A stretch of DNA of 63,862 bases, from contig JAUZTB010000063.1 in the NCBI GenBank assembly GCA_034780895.1, forward strand, positions 26,868,989 to 26,932,850. Reading direction: 5' to 3'. The position numbers and the translations under genes are program-made. Positions 26,956-39,935 of the stretch are shown one piece after another (the first letter of the stretch is position 1; each line of letters starts with the position of its first letter). Below the pieces are notes generated by a model. That model did not search any database and was not told the DNA's origin. It saw nothing but the letters and a program-made list of their open reading frames with translations. This DNA is from Rhynchobatus australiae. Its lineage: Eukaryota.

Positions 26956-28889
26956 GGGAGAGCAATTGCTGAAAGTTGCACTGAAACATAAGTCCAATCA
27001 TCAGTCGGTATCTGTCAAACTCCTTGTGGTTTGTTTGATAACATTCCGGTCACAGCATGTGACTTGTTATAGTTGTACTTTGCTTTTGCCTATTTATTGG
27101 TCCAAGGATGGTAACTTAATGATAACAGGGCACACAGTCAGTTACTAGAAGCAGGTATTAGGCTTGTTGGTTGAGTCCATTACACTTAAATTAAAAAGGG
27201 AATGGGACCTCTTGGTTCTTCCTTGAGAGTTTAGAGACATTGCCACAGGAGAGCCACCTAGCTCCATACCACAAACCTCTGGACCCAGGAGATTACATTA
27301 CCTTCTGCACCCATCATTCAGCCTTCCCTCCCCTGCAGCTTATNNNNNNNNNNATCTCTTTTGTGCAGGTGATGTAATAAGATTAGAGAAAAGGGATAAA
27401 AGATTGTGGATAATTTAACTGGGGAGCTTTACAAGTGCTGAACAAGTGACACAATCTAATGTCGGCTTTTCAGAGGAGATGTCAGCGATGGCTCCAAGCA
27501 GGGACCCTTTCAGTGAATCAGATGTCCAAAAGCAGTGCAGATTCTGTCACTCTGAATGATTTCAGCAAGCCTTTCAATTGGACAGCATGTGGCTCCTTCC
27601 CCTGTCTTGCTTTATCTGCAGTCAGCAGCAGTTTAACAGCTGCTGGTGCTGCATGCAGTACCCTATGTGCACGGGCTGTTTCTGTGCCTTGTGGTGGGGG
27701 TGGGATGTCAACGCCAAACTGAATTTAGGTACCTTGGTTGAAGCCTTGGTAATGATAGGTATGGTCTCCATCTGAGTTGAAACTGTTCAGAACCCAGCGA
27801 GCAGGTTAATTTCTCACTGGGATGGTGAACAAAACGATAATTTGTAAGTACAAAACAGTTCCATTACATCTGATTATCCCTTCCAGATTTAGGGCCCAAA
27901 TAACAGATCACAAAATAGTAAATGTTGCTTTTCTCTACTTTTATGGGGTTTTCGCTATATGTTGTGGAACAATACCAATAGCAGTGGACAGGAATGCTCC
28001 TGCATATTCCACAGTACAGATGCACTTCACAGTTTAACAAATTGAAAGGATGAGCCCATCACAAGCCAACATTAAATTCTTGAATGTGAATAAAGCTTCA
28101 AGGTCCAAACTGATTAAGTGAGTAGACCCTCACACAAAAATGGAGCAGAGTGAAACTAGCTCCTCCAGGGAGTGTCTGCTTTGTTCTTCTCTCATTGAAT
28201 TCATACTGCATTTACACTCGAACCACAGTATTAGTATGAAACAAAACTGCTTTGTAACACTGCAGTTATCGTGTGAATGCACACTGAGATTGTACAAAGC
28301 TGTTTGGCAAGAGGACAACTCAGATTTTACTGGCAGACTGCCTGCAGCGTGTAGTTTAGTGATAACTGCTGCTGTAAGTCATGAATTGTTGCCCGTGAGA
28401 GCATTAAAAGTAATTTACTCTAATTGCTTTGTGTTGTAGCTAAAATGTGTTTTCTCATTGCTTTTTTTTCCCTCGGAACATTTTTTTCAAATTTCTGGAA
28501 ATGAAAAGAAAAGCTCATCTGTCCTGGAAGATTTGCCAGAAAATTACATTGTTTGACAGTTGGGAAACAGGAAGGATCCTAAATAATATTTTTCACTTCA
28601 GTGATTCAAGTCAGAAACATTGAAAACTATATCTGTGTATTGTTGGAACCATCTTTAAGCACTGTTCTAACTACAAAGAGAAAAACTTAGACATTATGAT
28701 TTATACCCCTGTTGATTGACACAGAAAGCATGAGAGTGGTTAAGCAGAGCAAGCCACGTATCTGTAATGGAATCCCAATTTCATTAAGTGGATGAAAAGG
28801 TCAATGTGCATCTTATTAGGCTGAATAATGAAACATTACCAAAAGGACTTAAGGCAACCTTTGCACATTTATATGCTCATTGGTGTCAG

Positions 28890-29045
28890 CAGCAGCAGCT
28901 TGCACTTCTACATCTGAGTCTCAAGGTTATGAGTTCAAATTCTGTTCCAGATACGAGCATGAAGAACTAAAAGCCGACATTCCAGTGCGGTGCCAAAGGG
29001 TGCAATTCCATCAGGAACTCTATCCTCCAAATGAGATGCTATGAA
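28890..29045 (+). mobile_element. Decayed Deu-domain SINE 5' part
   Basis: tctgagtctcaaggttatgagttcaaat (B-box-like), then gccgacattccagtgcggtgc...aaatgagatg. Confidence 0.55.
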
Positions 29046-32000
29046 AACGAGAAATGGGTTTTTATCCAAAAAAATTACCATATTTAATCCTTAATTTAGA
29101 TGTGATGCAGAAACCCTGGGGGTGGAGGGGAGGGGGATGGTGGCCCTGGGCTTTCACAGTGATGGCAAATGGTGTGCCACGCTCATTTTGGCGGTGGTTG
29201 TGCAGAACAGGATTGTGCATGGAACTTTGTGGAAACAGCAGCCTCCTGAAGCAGCCCCTAACCCAAGGGTGAGCTCCGCTGAGGCGTTATGTAAAGGTGC
29301 CCAATCTTACCCGACCTATCGGTGGGGAATCCAAAGTGTTCATCTTCCAAGTAAGTTGTATTTTATTGATTGATTCCACCCCAATTCCCAGTCCGTCATC
29401 CCAACATGCTGATTCCCCAGTCCTCTCCAAGACAAGCCCTGACCCTCCTTGATCCTCTCCCCAAATGAATGTCAATCGCCTTCCCAACCCACAACCCCAG
29501 TCACATCCTGAATCATTTCCCCAAACTCACAATTCTCTCCTCCCATCCTACTCAATTATATCCCAGTTATCTCCATCTCTCACTTCCTCTCCCATAAACT
29601 TCCTCTCCTATTCCCATCCTCTCCCATCCTGCGCTTCCCACCCACACCCTCAAACTACTCCCAAACCCACTTCCTCCATAAGCACCCTGCAATGGCAGGA
29701 ACTTGCAGACTGAAGGCTCCTGGGTGCAAGGCTCAGTGTGCATGGCCGGTTGACTTGTACAAAACGCAGGCATCTCAGCCAGGACCTTGCATGAAAATGC
29801 CCCCCTCACCCACTACACGCAGCACTGATCTAACACACTTCTTCAGGGGCATTTCCATTACCCCTGATCTTTCAGGTTGTTGTTAAAGACACCATTGCAT
29901 CCATTTTGAAAGAAACTGCAGGTGAGTGCCCCAGCATGCAGGGAGCACACTGCCTTCCTCCAGTGTGCAGGGAGGCCACACTGGGACAGCACAGGCTGAA
30001 CACTAACTAGAAAATACAAGTGAATCACTGCTTCATCTTTAAAGGGTGCGGAGAACCCTGTATGGTGGATAAACGGAAATAACACACAAACAACCTCTGG
30101 TTCATTCATTTATTCCCGCAAAATTGGACTGTATTCCAAATATGATTAAAACTGGAGGATATAAAATTAAAGTAATTTGATGAAGTTGAGAAACATTGTT
30201 TTCCCTCAAGTGATATGGAGGTCAGGCTGCAAGAATGGTAGAGGCAGAGATCCTCATCTCCCTGAGTTGTTAACTGCCTGGATGAACACTTGAAGTGCTA
30301 TAACCTGCGGGGATGTGACTGAGAGTGGAAATGGAATTAGCTCAAATTGCCTAAATATGGCCAGCATAGAGCTGATGGACTGATTGGCATCTTCCCTGCA
30401 GTATATTTCTAGGATTCTATGATCTTTCTCCACTTCCTCCTCCTCCTCTTCTTTATGCTCCTGCTCTTCAGCCACAAATCAGTGATCAAGGTCTTAAACC
30501 AGGAGAAGCCAGAATGTCTTGTCTTACAAACTCTTGTCCTACGAGTGCACCACCACACTTTATTTACTCAGACCTTTACTTCATGGTGTTGATGCTGAAC
30601 CGTTGGAATGATTTGTGCTAGAATGCTCAGATTTCTCTCTTTCTCCACTTTCTTCAAGATTCTTCCCTTGTGTTGGAAATATGCTGAGCATTTGCTCTGC
30701 TCAAGAAGTGTACTGCACATTTCCATATTAGCATTCATTCCCAGCTATAAATCCAAACCCCAAACACACGCAGATGTGCCTGATGCAAACAATCTACCTT
30801 GAAAGGTAAGATAATGTCATTTTAGTAGTCATACACCTTAAATTCTCTCAATTACCTGAAAATAGTTACCTTCCCAGTGCTTTCAAGATAGGAAGCTTCT
30901 CCATATACATTTCAGTGGATTAATTCTACTTCTACACAAAATCCCACACCTTGGTCATTCCCACCTGTATCAGCTGCATGTGCCCAGCACATCATGATCT
31001 TCGGCCTCACAATAAATTCCTTCAATGCTTTGACCTATTCTATCTGGAAGAACTGTCCATTTCATAGGTAATTGTAGATCATCATCGACGGTTCAAGTTT
31101 CCCAACTCAATGCTCCTCTCTCTCAATCAGGACAAAACTCTGTCATGGTATTTTGCCCTTGACTTGTGTATCTTCCATCTTTTGTCTAGCTTTCCCCCGA
31201 AAGCTTCTTAATATCTATGGGCTGAAAACTGTGTTGTATAGCACTATGTTGTTATGGGTTATGCACATGAATTGGGCTTACTCCACCTCAGTACATGTAT
31301 TAATTCTTTCCCAACATCCTTGCTGCCACATCTCCACCCCGCTCCAATTCTTACTTTAATGTCCTCTCTCCTGTTCAGACCAGACTAGATTATTCCTTTA
31401 CATGCTGAATTTTTGTATCAAGATTTTATAATTCATACATTGTACAAGAACAAGATAACATTAAAATATTCTCAACGGATTTCCTAGTACCCACCAAACA
31501 AAACTAAAGACTTCCGTAATTCAATGGATTTAAAAGCTAATTCATTTTGATGCTGAATTACAACATGTTGTGTCGGCTATTATCGATGGATGTGATTTAC
31601 AAACTGTTCTGTAACAAATTAGACATGCTCACTGAACAAAATCATTTGTATATGATTAATAAATGGCAGATGTGTTAAAAAACAGATGCTGTAAACATCT
31701 GATGTTCATACAAAATATGAAACTGTAAAACAGAAATAACTTGATGGTAATGAATTCTGAAACAATGAAATGCAAAGTCGGTTCAGCTGTTTTTAACCTT
31801 GTTACAGTAATTCCTTTAATCTGGTAAACTCTTCATGTTTCTATTATCATCATCATTATAGCACCACAGAAATTAACAAATATCACCACATTACCAAATA
31901 AACAAAATATAGTTGCTTTATTTTAAAAATACACGGCATTTTCATGTTCCTTCAATTATTGGATTACAGGCAGGTTTCTGAAAATATAGGAAGGGAATCA

Positions 32001-32369
32001 AGTGCATGGTGGGTGTTTACTGCCATCAAATGGACACTGTCAGAATTACAACTAATTTATGTGTGGATGGCAAAAAAATCATAATTACTTTAATATTTTA
32101 AATTCCCAAACACAAACATATTTGACAGAATGTGATTAAAAAATTTTTTTGAAACTGTTGCTTTTTCTTTATTTTCAGCATGAATTCTTGAAATCAGTAT
32201 CGTTTCTTGTTTTAATGTCAGCTTTGAATGTTGTATACCTCCTTGAGACACACCACAAACATGCAGTCAGATAAACTCAAGGTACCAATATCAGGTGGGG
32301 TGAATAAATGCCTGTCCAAAAATCTAAGTTAAAATGACAGCCTTAAAGGAAAGAGAAGTGAAGAATCGA

Positions 32370-32560
32370 CTGGCACAGTGGCACTGCTCCACACTCCAGT
32401 GATCTGGGTTCAAGACTGACCTCTGGTGCTATCTGTGTGGAGTTTGCATGTTCTCCCTGTGATCACATGGGTTCCCCAGGTGCTCTGTCTTCCTTACTTA
32501 TCCCAGAGGTATGCTAATTGGTAAGTTAATTGGCTGCTATAAACTACCACTAGTGCAGTT
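32370..32560 (+). mobile_element. tRNA-derived V-SINE
   Basis: B box gggttcaaga, V-domain-like gtgtggagtttgcatgttctccctgtgatcacatgggtt...ggtgctc. Confidence 0.82.
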
Positions 32561-32574
32561 GGATGTAGTTAAGG

Positions 32575-33090
32575 GGCATGTTTTGGTCACCCTGTTACAG
32601 GAAAGACATCATTAAACTGGAAAGATTGCAGAGAAGATTTACAAGGATGCTGCCAAGACTTGAGGGCCTGAGTTATAGGAAGAGGTTGGGCAGGCTAGAA
32701 CATTATTCCTTGGAACATCGGAGACTGAAGGGTAACCTTATAGAGGTGTACAAAATCATGAGGGGCATAGATGGGTGAATGAACGTAGTCATTTTCCCAG
32801 GGAAGGGAAACTAAAAACTAGAGGACAAAGGTTGAAGATTTAAAAGGGACCTGAGGGGCAACTTCTTCACACAAACGGTGGTGTGTATATGGAATGAGCT
32901 ACCAGAGAAAGTGGTTGAGGCAGGTACAATAACAACATTTAAAAGACATTTGGATAAGTACATGGATAGGAGGGGTTTAGAGGGATATGGGCCAAACACA
33001 AGCAAATGGGACTACTTGGCGGGTGCCGTGGTTTGCGTGGATGAGTGGGTCAAAGGGCCTATGTCCATGCTGTATTACTCTACGACTCAA
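32575..33090 (+). mobile_element. CR1 LINE 3' portion
   Basis: FWSPCYRKDIIKLERLQRRFTRMLPRLEGLSYRKRLGRL...RRLKGNLIEVYKIMRGID and VCIWNELPEKVVEAGTITTFKRHLDKYM; tail ctctacgactc. Confidence 0.95.
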
Positions 33091-35469
33091 TGCGAGAGTT
33101 AATATGTTACAATTGATAGGACTTCTCTGACAACCAGCATAGCCCTGATGAGCTGAATGGCCTCCAATGTTGTGAGAAACATGAGAAACAACTTCGGTTG
33201 TGAACTCAGAACTCAGGACAGAAATGTCACAAGGCTCCAATGCCAATTCTCGTCAGACTCTGCACTCCTCGGGATCTGAATCTTGTCCATCCATCCATTT
33301 CCTTCACCCAAACTTCAGCAGCCATGGACATATATTTGTATAGTAGAAGGGCATTCATTCATAATTACAATTTGAGGCAAATTAATAGGTTGCACGCTGT
33401 CACTTTCTGTAGGGCTGATTTATTTCTAAAACCAATCAATAAGATTGCTGCTTGCTGCCAGTTGCCAAAAGCACGATCATTCATCTTAAGGCCTTCAAAA
33501 CTGGGTCCCAATAATGATCTCTTATTTTCCCAATGCCCCATTAAAATGAACGAATCTCTTTAGAAAATTTGTTTTTAATCTCATCTTTTTCATCAAAATT
33601 CCTGGGTGAACTTTTCTTAGTAATCAACATCCAGTTTTTACCCAGTTGCTTTTTTAACAATTTTAATATTGGATTGCAGTTAAATGATTGGTTGAAATAT
33701 GATATTAATTCCAAAAGGACCTTAACAATGCTTCTGAGGCAGATTCACAAGCTTTCTTCAAATTTTGAAATATGCTGGATTCAACATAAATCAACTTCCA
33801 GATGGGTTGAAATACACCTGATACTCAAAGCCAAAACTAATCTGATGTATTTAGATGTTCTCCAAAAGATTTTCCTATCATAGTCACACTGTTGTCAATG
33901 GCAAACTCCAGCTCTCTAACCTTGGCTCTCTCATCCACATTGCCCTTTGGGACCAGATTTAATGTTNNNNNNNNNNNNNNNNNNNNNNNNNNNNNNNNNN
34001 NNNNNNNNNNNNNNNNNNNNNNNNNNNNNNNNNNNNNNNNNNNNNNNNNNNNNNNNNNNNNNNNNNTTGGTGATATCCAAACTTACCTCTCCAAATGTCT
34101 GATATTAAATGTTAAATCAAATTTTAAGTAAAATTTGAACTATCTTTTGTGGCTCCTCCTTACTCTGCCACTAATTCAGTCACCCACGTCCACTGTCGTG
34201 AAATCTCAGTGCGTTGCATCTCTGTTTCTGCCAGATGATCATCTTCATTATGTTCCTTGCCTCTGCTCTAACCTTCTGCATCATGATCCAAATCTAACCC
34301 TTTGTCACATTGTGGCTGTATTTCTGTAATAGTTAGCCAGCCAGCTTCCTTCCCTCCACTTTTCAAAATCTGTAACTCAATCATGTCGCCATGTTCTTCC
34401 CACTCGGAGTTGAACACTTTCACCACCTTGGTCGTCACTGCTAGATCCATTTTTTTTTCGGTTTAAAAAGCCTCCATAGCTTTGTTCTAATCCTTTGCAG
34501 TGGTCTTCTTTAGTCCCTTCTCCCCACTTCCATTCCTTAATTAATTTCAAGCCAATATAACTCCAAGTCTCCCAGGCTATCTGAGAACTCCAGCACTACT
34601 GGTCAGCGGTCTTTCCCATTGGGCTTGACCTCATCAGGGTACCAGTGCAGGCAGAGGCTAATGAAAGGCTGGCATTATGGAGCTGCTGCATCTTTCAGTT
34701 CATAAAGTTAGATTAGAATTAATATTGCTCACACTGGTGTTCACAAAAAAACATTTTTAAAAACACTTTTTTTTAACTGAACTGCACCCTGACCACAGGC
34801 ACCAAGTACTCTTCTGTATATATTTTAACACTGTGATATCAGTGAGGCTGTACTCCTAGAGCACAGCTTCACCAGATGGTGAAAAAAGTGGAATTTATTT
34901 TCCAACATTTGTTCTCCAGTTCATACTCCTCCACAAAACAGCTTTGGTTCAGATGAGAGTCCTACTCAGTTTGCTTTCCTTCTGAAGTTAAATTCGTTGG
35001 GTAGAGGATAGACAGCTGTCTTTGTTTCCTGCCTTGCCTTTACTTCAATGCCACAGGATATGGTTGTCTGGGCATGAGCTCTTCAGATTATAACACCACA
35101 TTAATCAAACCACCCCTTCTTATACTTTCTAATCACCCAGCAATTCCCCTGCTACAGTGATTAGTCGTGAGTTTCTGCATTGCCTTATGTTGTGCTTCAC
35201 TCTCTTGTGTGCTCACCTCAGGAGCCTCAGCCGCCCCACGTTTTGACCCATGGTAAAGATGAGTGTGAGCGGTTGGTTTAGTCAGTTTCTGAAGTGATCA
35301 GGGTCTTTAGTTTCAACTAGTCTAATAATACCATAACTACTCTTTCTGCTCAACTTAAGGTCTTCCTTCCTAAGTCTCAGCATTCTCCTTATCTGGGTGT
35401 AAATGGGAACACACAACCAAAAGGAGTGGTCTGTTGAGCTCTTTCAGAATACATATAGGAATCGAGCAC

Positions 35470-35630
35470 ATCAAAGCCATTAGTTGACCAAGTGGTTGTT
35501 TCCAGTATGGAAATGATTTGTTCAGTTAACTTAATGCCACAGCTCCCGTGATGGCATTTGAACTTCATGGCCAACTCAGTGCAGACCTCCAGATTTCTGG
35601 TCCTGTATTACAACCACTATGCAACTCTAT
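35470..35630 (-). mobile_element. Decayed tRNA-derived SINE
   Basis: gcatttgaact (reverse B box) and ttacaaccactatgc (reverse A box region). Confidence 0.45.
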
Positions 35631-38139
35631 CCCAACAGGGGGTTTATTTTCACTGTCCTGTTCATTTTCAACTTAACTCTTTGCTTCTGTTTGTGCAGTT
35701 TTTAGAAGATGTGCTTGGTTTTACATATTCTCCTTCCCTTGTACTGACTTTCATCGGCAAAATATTTAAAATTTTTATTCAAGGGCATGAAGTTTTAAGT
35801 AATTAAAGTGAGGACAATCTTGGTTAGGCCAAGAATGTGTTGCTTGTTTGATGAGTTTTTCCAAGTTCTACATGCAATAACAATCTTATTAGAACTGTCT
35901 TTGCCAAACTCTACCCTCTCTAGTTTGCTTACATTGAAAACACGGCCTTTATTCTACTTTATCTGAGTAGTCCTCGCACTCTGCCTCTGGCGTAGTATGT
36001 CATCCATTACTGGCAGCCATTCTCTCATTCAATACGTCCCTAAACTTTGGAACTCAAACCCGAAACAACTTCAGCCTGATTCCTTTTCCCTCCCTTTAAA
36101 AGGGAAGGCATCACTTATTCCCATTCTTCTTTCTTCATTGTTATCCTTCCTATCCTTTTGTGAATTGCTCTGAGAGGTTCTTTTCCATAAGAAATGCAAT
36201 GAAAATCCATATTCTTTTAACACAGAGAAATGGAAGTTGTACGCTGAGGAGAATGCCGTTCTGCTGTGAGAATGGAATATGATCAGATACAGAAGCAGCA
36301 GCATTAAGGCTAGGGGGAAGAGGGGAGGTAATAGGGGGACCTTGAACAATGATGCCAAGGCAAATACCTCTACCATAAACCCGTCAAGTGACGTTTCTCT
36401 GGTAACTGTACACCCATGGCCCCAGATTCCATCAATTTCTGAAAATCTGCTGTTTGCTTGTCCATATTACCAATTTATTTATCTTTTTCCTCCAGACAAA
36501 ATGACAGTAACTGTAATGAGCTCATTTAATATTGTTTTTTGCTGAATTTATGACTTGGTTTAGCTGGAACTGAGATTCTGGCTTTTTGTCGCTTATGATA
36601 GACTTCCACAGTTGCAGAAGCTGCAAAATTGCTCCATTTAAAAGCATTCACCATCAATTCATTGTCTTGATTTTTGCTTTCAAACAGTAACAGAAAATTG
36701 GGAAAGTGTAATCTGCAATGACTGACTGCTGCAGTGCATTGCCATATAGTTGCACATCACTAGATTGTCATCAAAATGACAATACATGCAAACTTGCTTC
36801 CTTTATTATTTTTCAGGTACCTATATTGTCCAAATTAGCAATTTTATGCATATGGGCTGATGTATGGCACATAAATAAGTGTTGGATTTTAATGAAGGTA
36901 TATAAAAGAAAGTCAGGATGGCAGCTGTTTCACAACATTAAACTACTTTATTACTCTACATTACCATAAAAGTACTATCTAAGTCTCCAGGTACCAAAAA
37001 CACAAAGGTAATGTCGCTAAGTTTAAAGAACTTGGGGGAGAAAGTCAGCGCATTGCGATCTAACAGATTTCACAGCCAACATTTCTACATCCCAGCTGGG
37101 TATGTCCTTTAACAATCCTCTTCAACTTACTGACTGCTACATGGAGTAAAACTTTTAAACTATTTCCTTCCAAGTAACTTCCATCTTTTGTTTCCGTCCA
37201 ACTGGCAGGTCATGCCAGGATTTGCATGGCAGAGTAAGCAGTTCAGTGAGCTGGAGTTACCAGGAAATCCAGATAGGCTTTGGTTTCAGGGCTTTTGTTC
37301 TCAATAAAAGATTGTTTCAGTACTATGACAAGCCCAATTTGCAATATTCTATAAGCTCCTCTAATTCATTTGAGTGCCCTATAACAATATACTAACCAAA
37401 CCAAGGCAATTTGCATTTCAACCCATTTCTCTTTTCAAAATGTAGGCCATTGTGTTTTATATATATATTTTAACTTTGTCCAACTTATTTTGCACAATGT
37501 GGTACATCACAGCAAATATCATTATACAACAGTTTATTCAATATCAGCCTGTCAGAGAATGTATGCTTTTAGCCAAGGACCTAAATTTCATCATTTATAC
37601 TTAATTGAATTTTTACATCTTGTAAGATTTAGAGGTATCAAAGTACCAGAAATAACCTGTCGTGATGTAGTTTTATTTGTCCCAGCTACTATACAACTCC
37701 CATCTTACCAGTCTATAACAAACATATCCACATTAAAGTACCCTTCAATCTTTCAGTTCACCATCTTCAGAGAATACCTCTTGAATATAGTCTTAAATGG
37801 AACAATGGAATATTAGAAATACTCAGGAGGTATGCAGTCTCTAAGAAAAGAGAAAAAGAGTTAATATTTCAGGGTGACGACCTTTCATTGTAAATCCACT
37901 GCTTTCAACTGCACTGCCCAGAAATCAATGGCTTGTATCCAGAGGATAAACCATGTTATTCCTGAGTCACATTGAAATGTCACTGGTTGCCCTTGCACCA
38001 ACATCTTGGCATAGATATACTGTACCTAGTGGGTGTTCTTTGCAAAAAAATTACGCCATTTGACACCAGGTACACTAGGTTCACCTGACACTGTGAATCT
38101 GACCCTGACTTTGTCCTTGCTAGTAAAACAAGAAAAGGC

Positions 38140-38915
38140 TGTTAACAGTTGGGTTATACAAGGCTCTGTACTTGGGCTCCTGCTCTTCACCGTATGTTTT
38201 CATGATTTAGACCTAAATGCAGGGAGCATGATGAGGAAGTTTACAAATGACACAGAAAATGATTGAGTGAATGACAGGAAGAGAGTCTTCAACTTCAGAA
38301 TGCAGATAGTCTGGTCAAGTGGGTATAATTAAATCCAGAGAAGTGTGAGGTAATGAATTTATGGAGATGCAACGTGCATGGGAACATGTAATAAATGGAA
38401 GCTCTATGAATAGTGCAAAAATGAACAAAGAGACCTTAGAGTAAATATCCATAGATCCTTAAAAGATAGCTGGACAGTTTGATGAAATAGTTAAAAAGCA
38501 TACTGGATACTTTTCTTTATTAGCTGAGAAAAAAAGATATGTTCAGGAGGTTTTGCTGAAACTGTAAAAAGATTAACTAGATCTTAGCTTATGTATTGTA
38601 TTATCAAATGGAGGAAAGATGTGATTACCATGGAGGAAGTGCAGAGGAGGTTCATGAGGATATTGCCAGGAATGGAAAACTGTAGCCATAAGAAAACATT
38701 GGATAGTTGGGGTTTGTTTTGTTTTTGGAACCAAGATAGCTGATGGGAGACTTAATTGAGGTGCATAAAACTGTAGCAGGCACAGATAAATAGAATGAAC
38801 CATTTCTTCCCTAAAACCAGGGGAGTCATAGATTTAAAGTAATTGGTAGAATAATTAGAGGGGTGGTGAGGAAACATTTTGTTTTCACCCAGAATGTGGT
38901 AGGATCTGGTACTCA
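38140..38915 (+). mobile_element. CR1 LINE RT to C-terminus (decayed)
   Basis: NSWVIQGSVLGLLLFTVCFHDLD...MMRKFTNDT corresponds to the PQGSVLGP and KFADD RT motifs. Confidence 0.85.
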
Positions 38916-39224
38916 CTGTTGTTCCATCAGTAGCTCTTCCCTCAGTCTGGACTCCTGGATTCCACAAATAATCCATTTTCCGGATGAGTTCTTCAAATTT
39001 GCAATTATCTGGTAATAATTTTAAGAAGGTACGAAGGTTCACCCTGTACCTTCTTGTAAATAAAGAAACAGTTACGATCACACTGCTTTACTTCTAGGTG
39101 GTTTGCAATGTCTCTCAGAGCCATTGAGAGATACAGCACAGAAACAGGCCCTTTGGCCTCAAACCTACATTGGGCTCATTGGAACAGCACTGGAGGCCAC
39201 AAATAGGTCAGAGTGGAAATCAAA

Positions 39225-39935
39225 AAAAGCTGCAAAAGGTGAAATATTGAAATACAAACAGAAAATGCTGGAAACATTCAGCAGGTCAGGCAGCATCTGT
39301 GGGAAGGGAAACCATGCTAAAATGAAATGATAACTCTATTTCTCTTCCCATAGATGCTGCCTGACCTGCTGAGTGTTTCCAGCATTTTCTGCTTTCAGGT
39401 TAGTATGCAAATGGCATGGAGAATTAAAATGACAAGCAACTGGAAGCTCAGGATCAGCCCTGGGGGTTGAACACAGTCCTGCAAAACAGACTCTGATCTG
39501 CATTTGGTTTTTACAATGTTAGAGGAGATCGCATTCTGAGCACTGGATTTGAAAAAGCACAAGTGAATCGTTGCTTCACCTGACTATTTTGTGTCCCTAC
39601 ATGGTGGAAAGGGATCAGGTAAAATTGAATCTCCTGTACTTAAGTGGGAAAGTGCCATGAGAATGGGTGTAATTGGTGGAAATAGAAGAATGAACCAAGG
39701 AGCTGAGAAGGGAGTGATCCCTTCAGAATGCTGAGAAGGGAAGGGAGTCAACTGTGAGTCAGGTGGTGGAATCTCATTCAAGGTCACAGAAATTGCAAAG
39801 GATGATCCATTGACTTTGGAGAATGTTTGGATGGAAAGTGAAGACCAGGGAAACACTATCCTTGGTGAGAATAATCATGTGAGAAATAGATGAGATGTGG
39901 TAGAGGGAAAGCCATGGTTAAAAATAAAGGAAAAC
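39225..39935 (-). mobile_element. Penelope-like element relic with inverted terminal repeats
   Basis: Inverted repeat 39259-39306 / 39344-39391; 39415-39600 is homologous to the GIY-YIG region at 18660-18750 and 19975-20100. Confidence 0.75.

Noticed and set aside
33144-33157. CTGATGAG hammerhead-like core
   Set aside because: No stem II plus GAAA follows; it is a variant of the common tail motif gatgggctgaatggcct.
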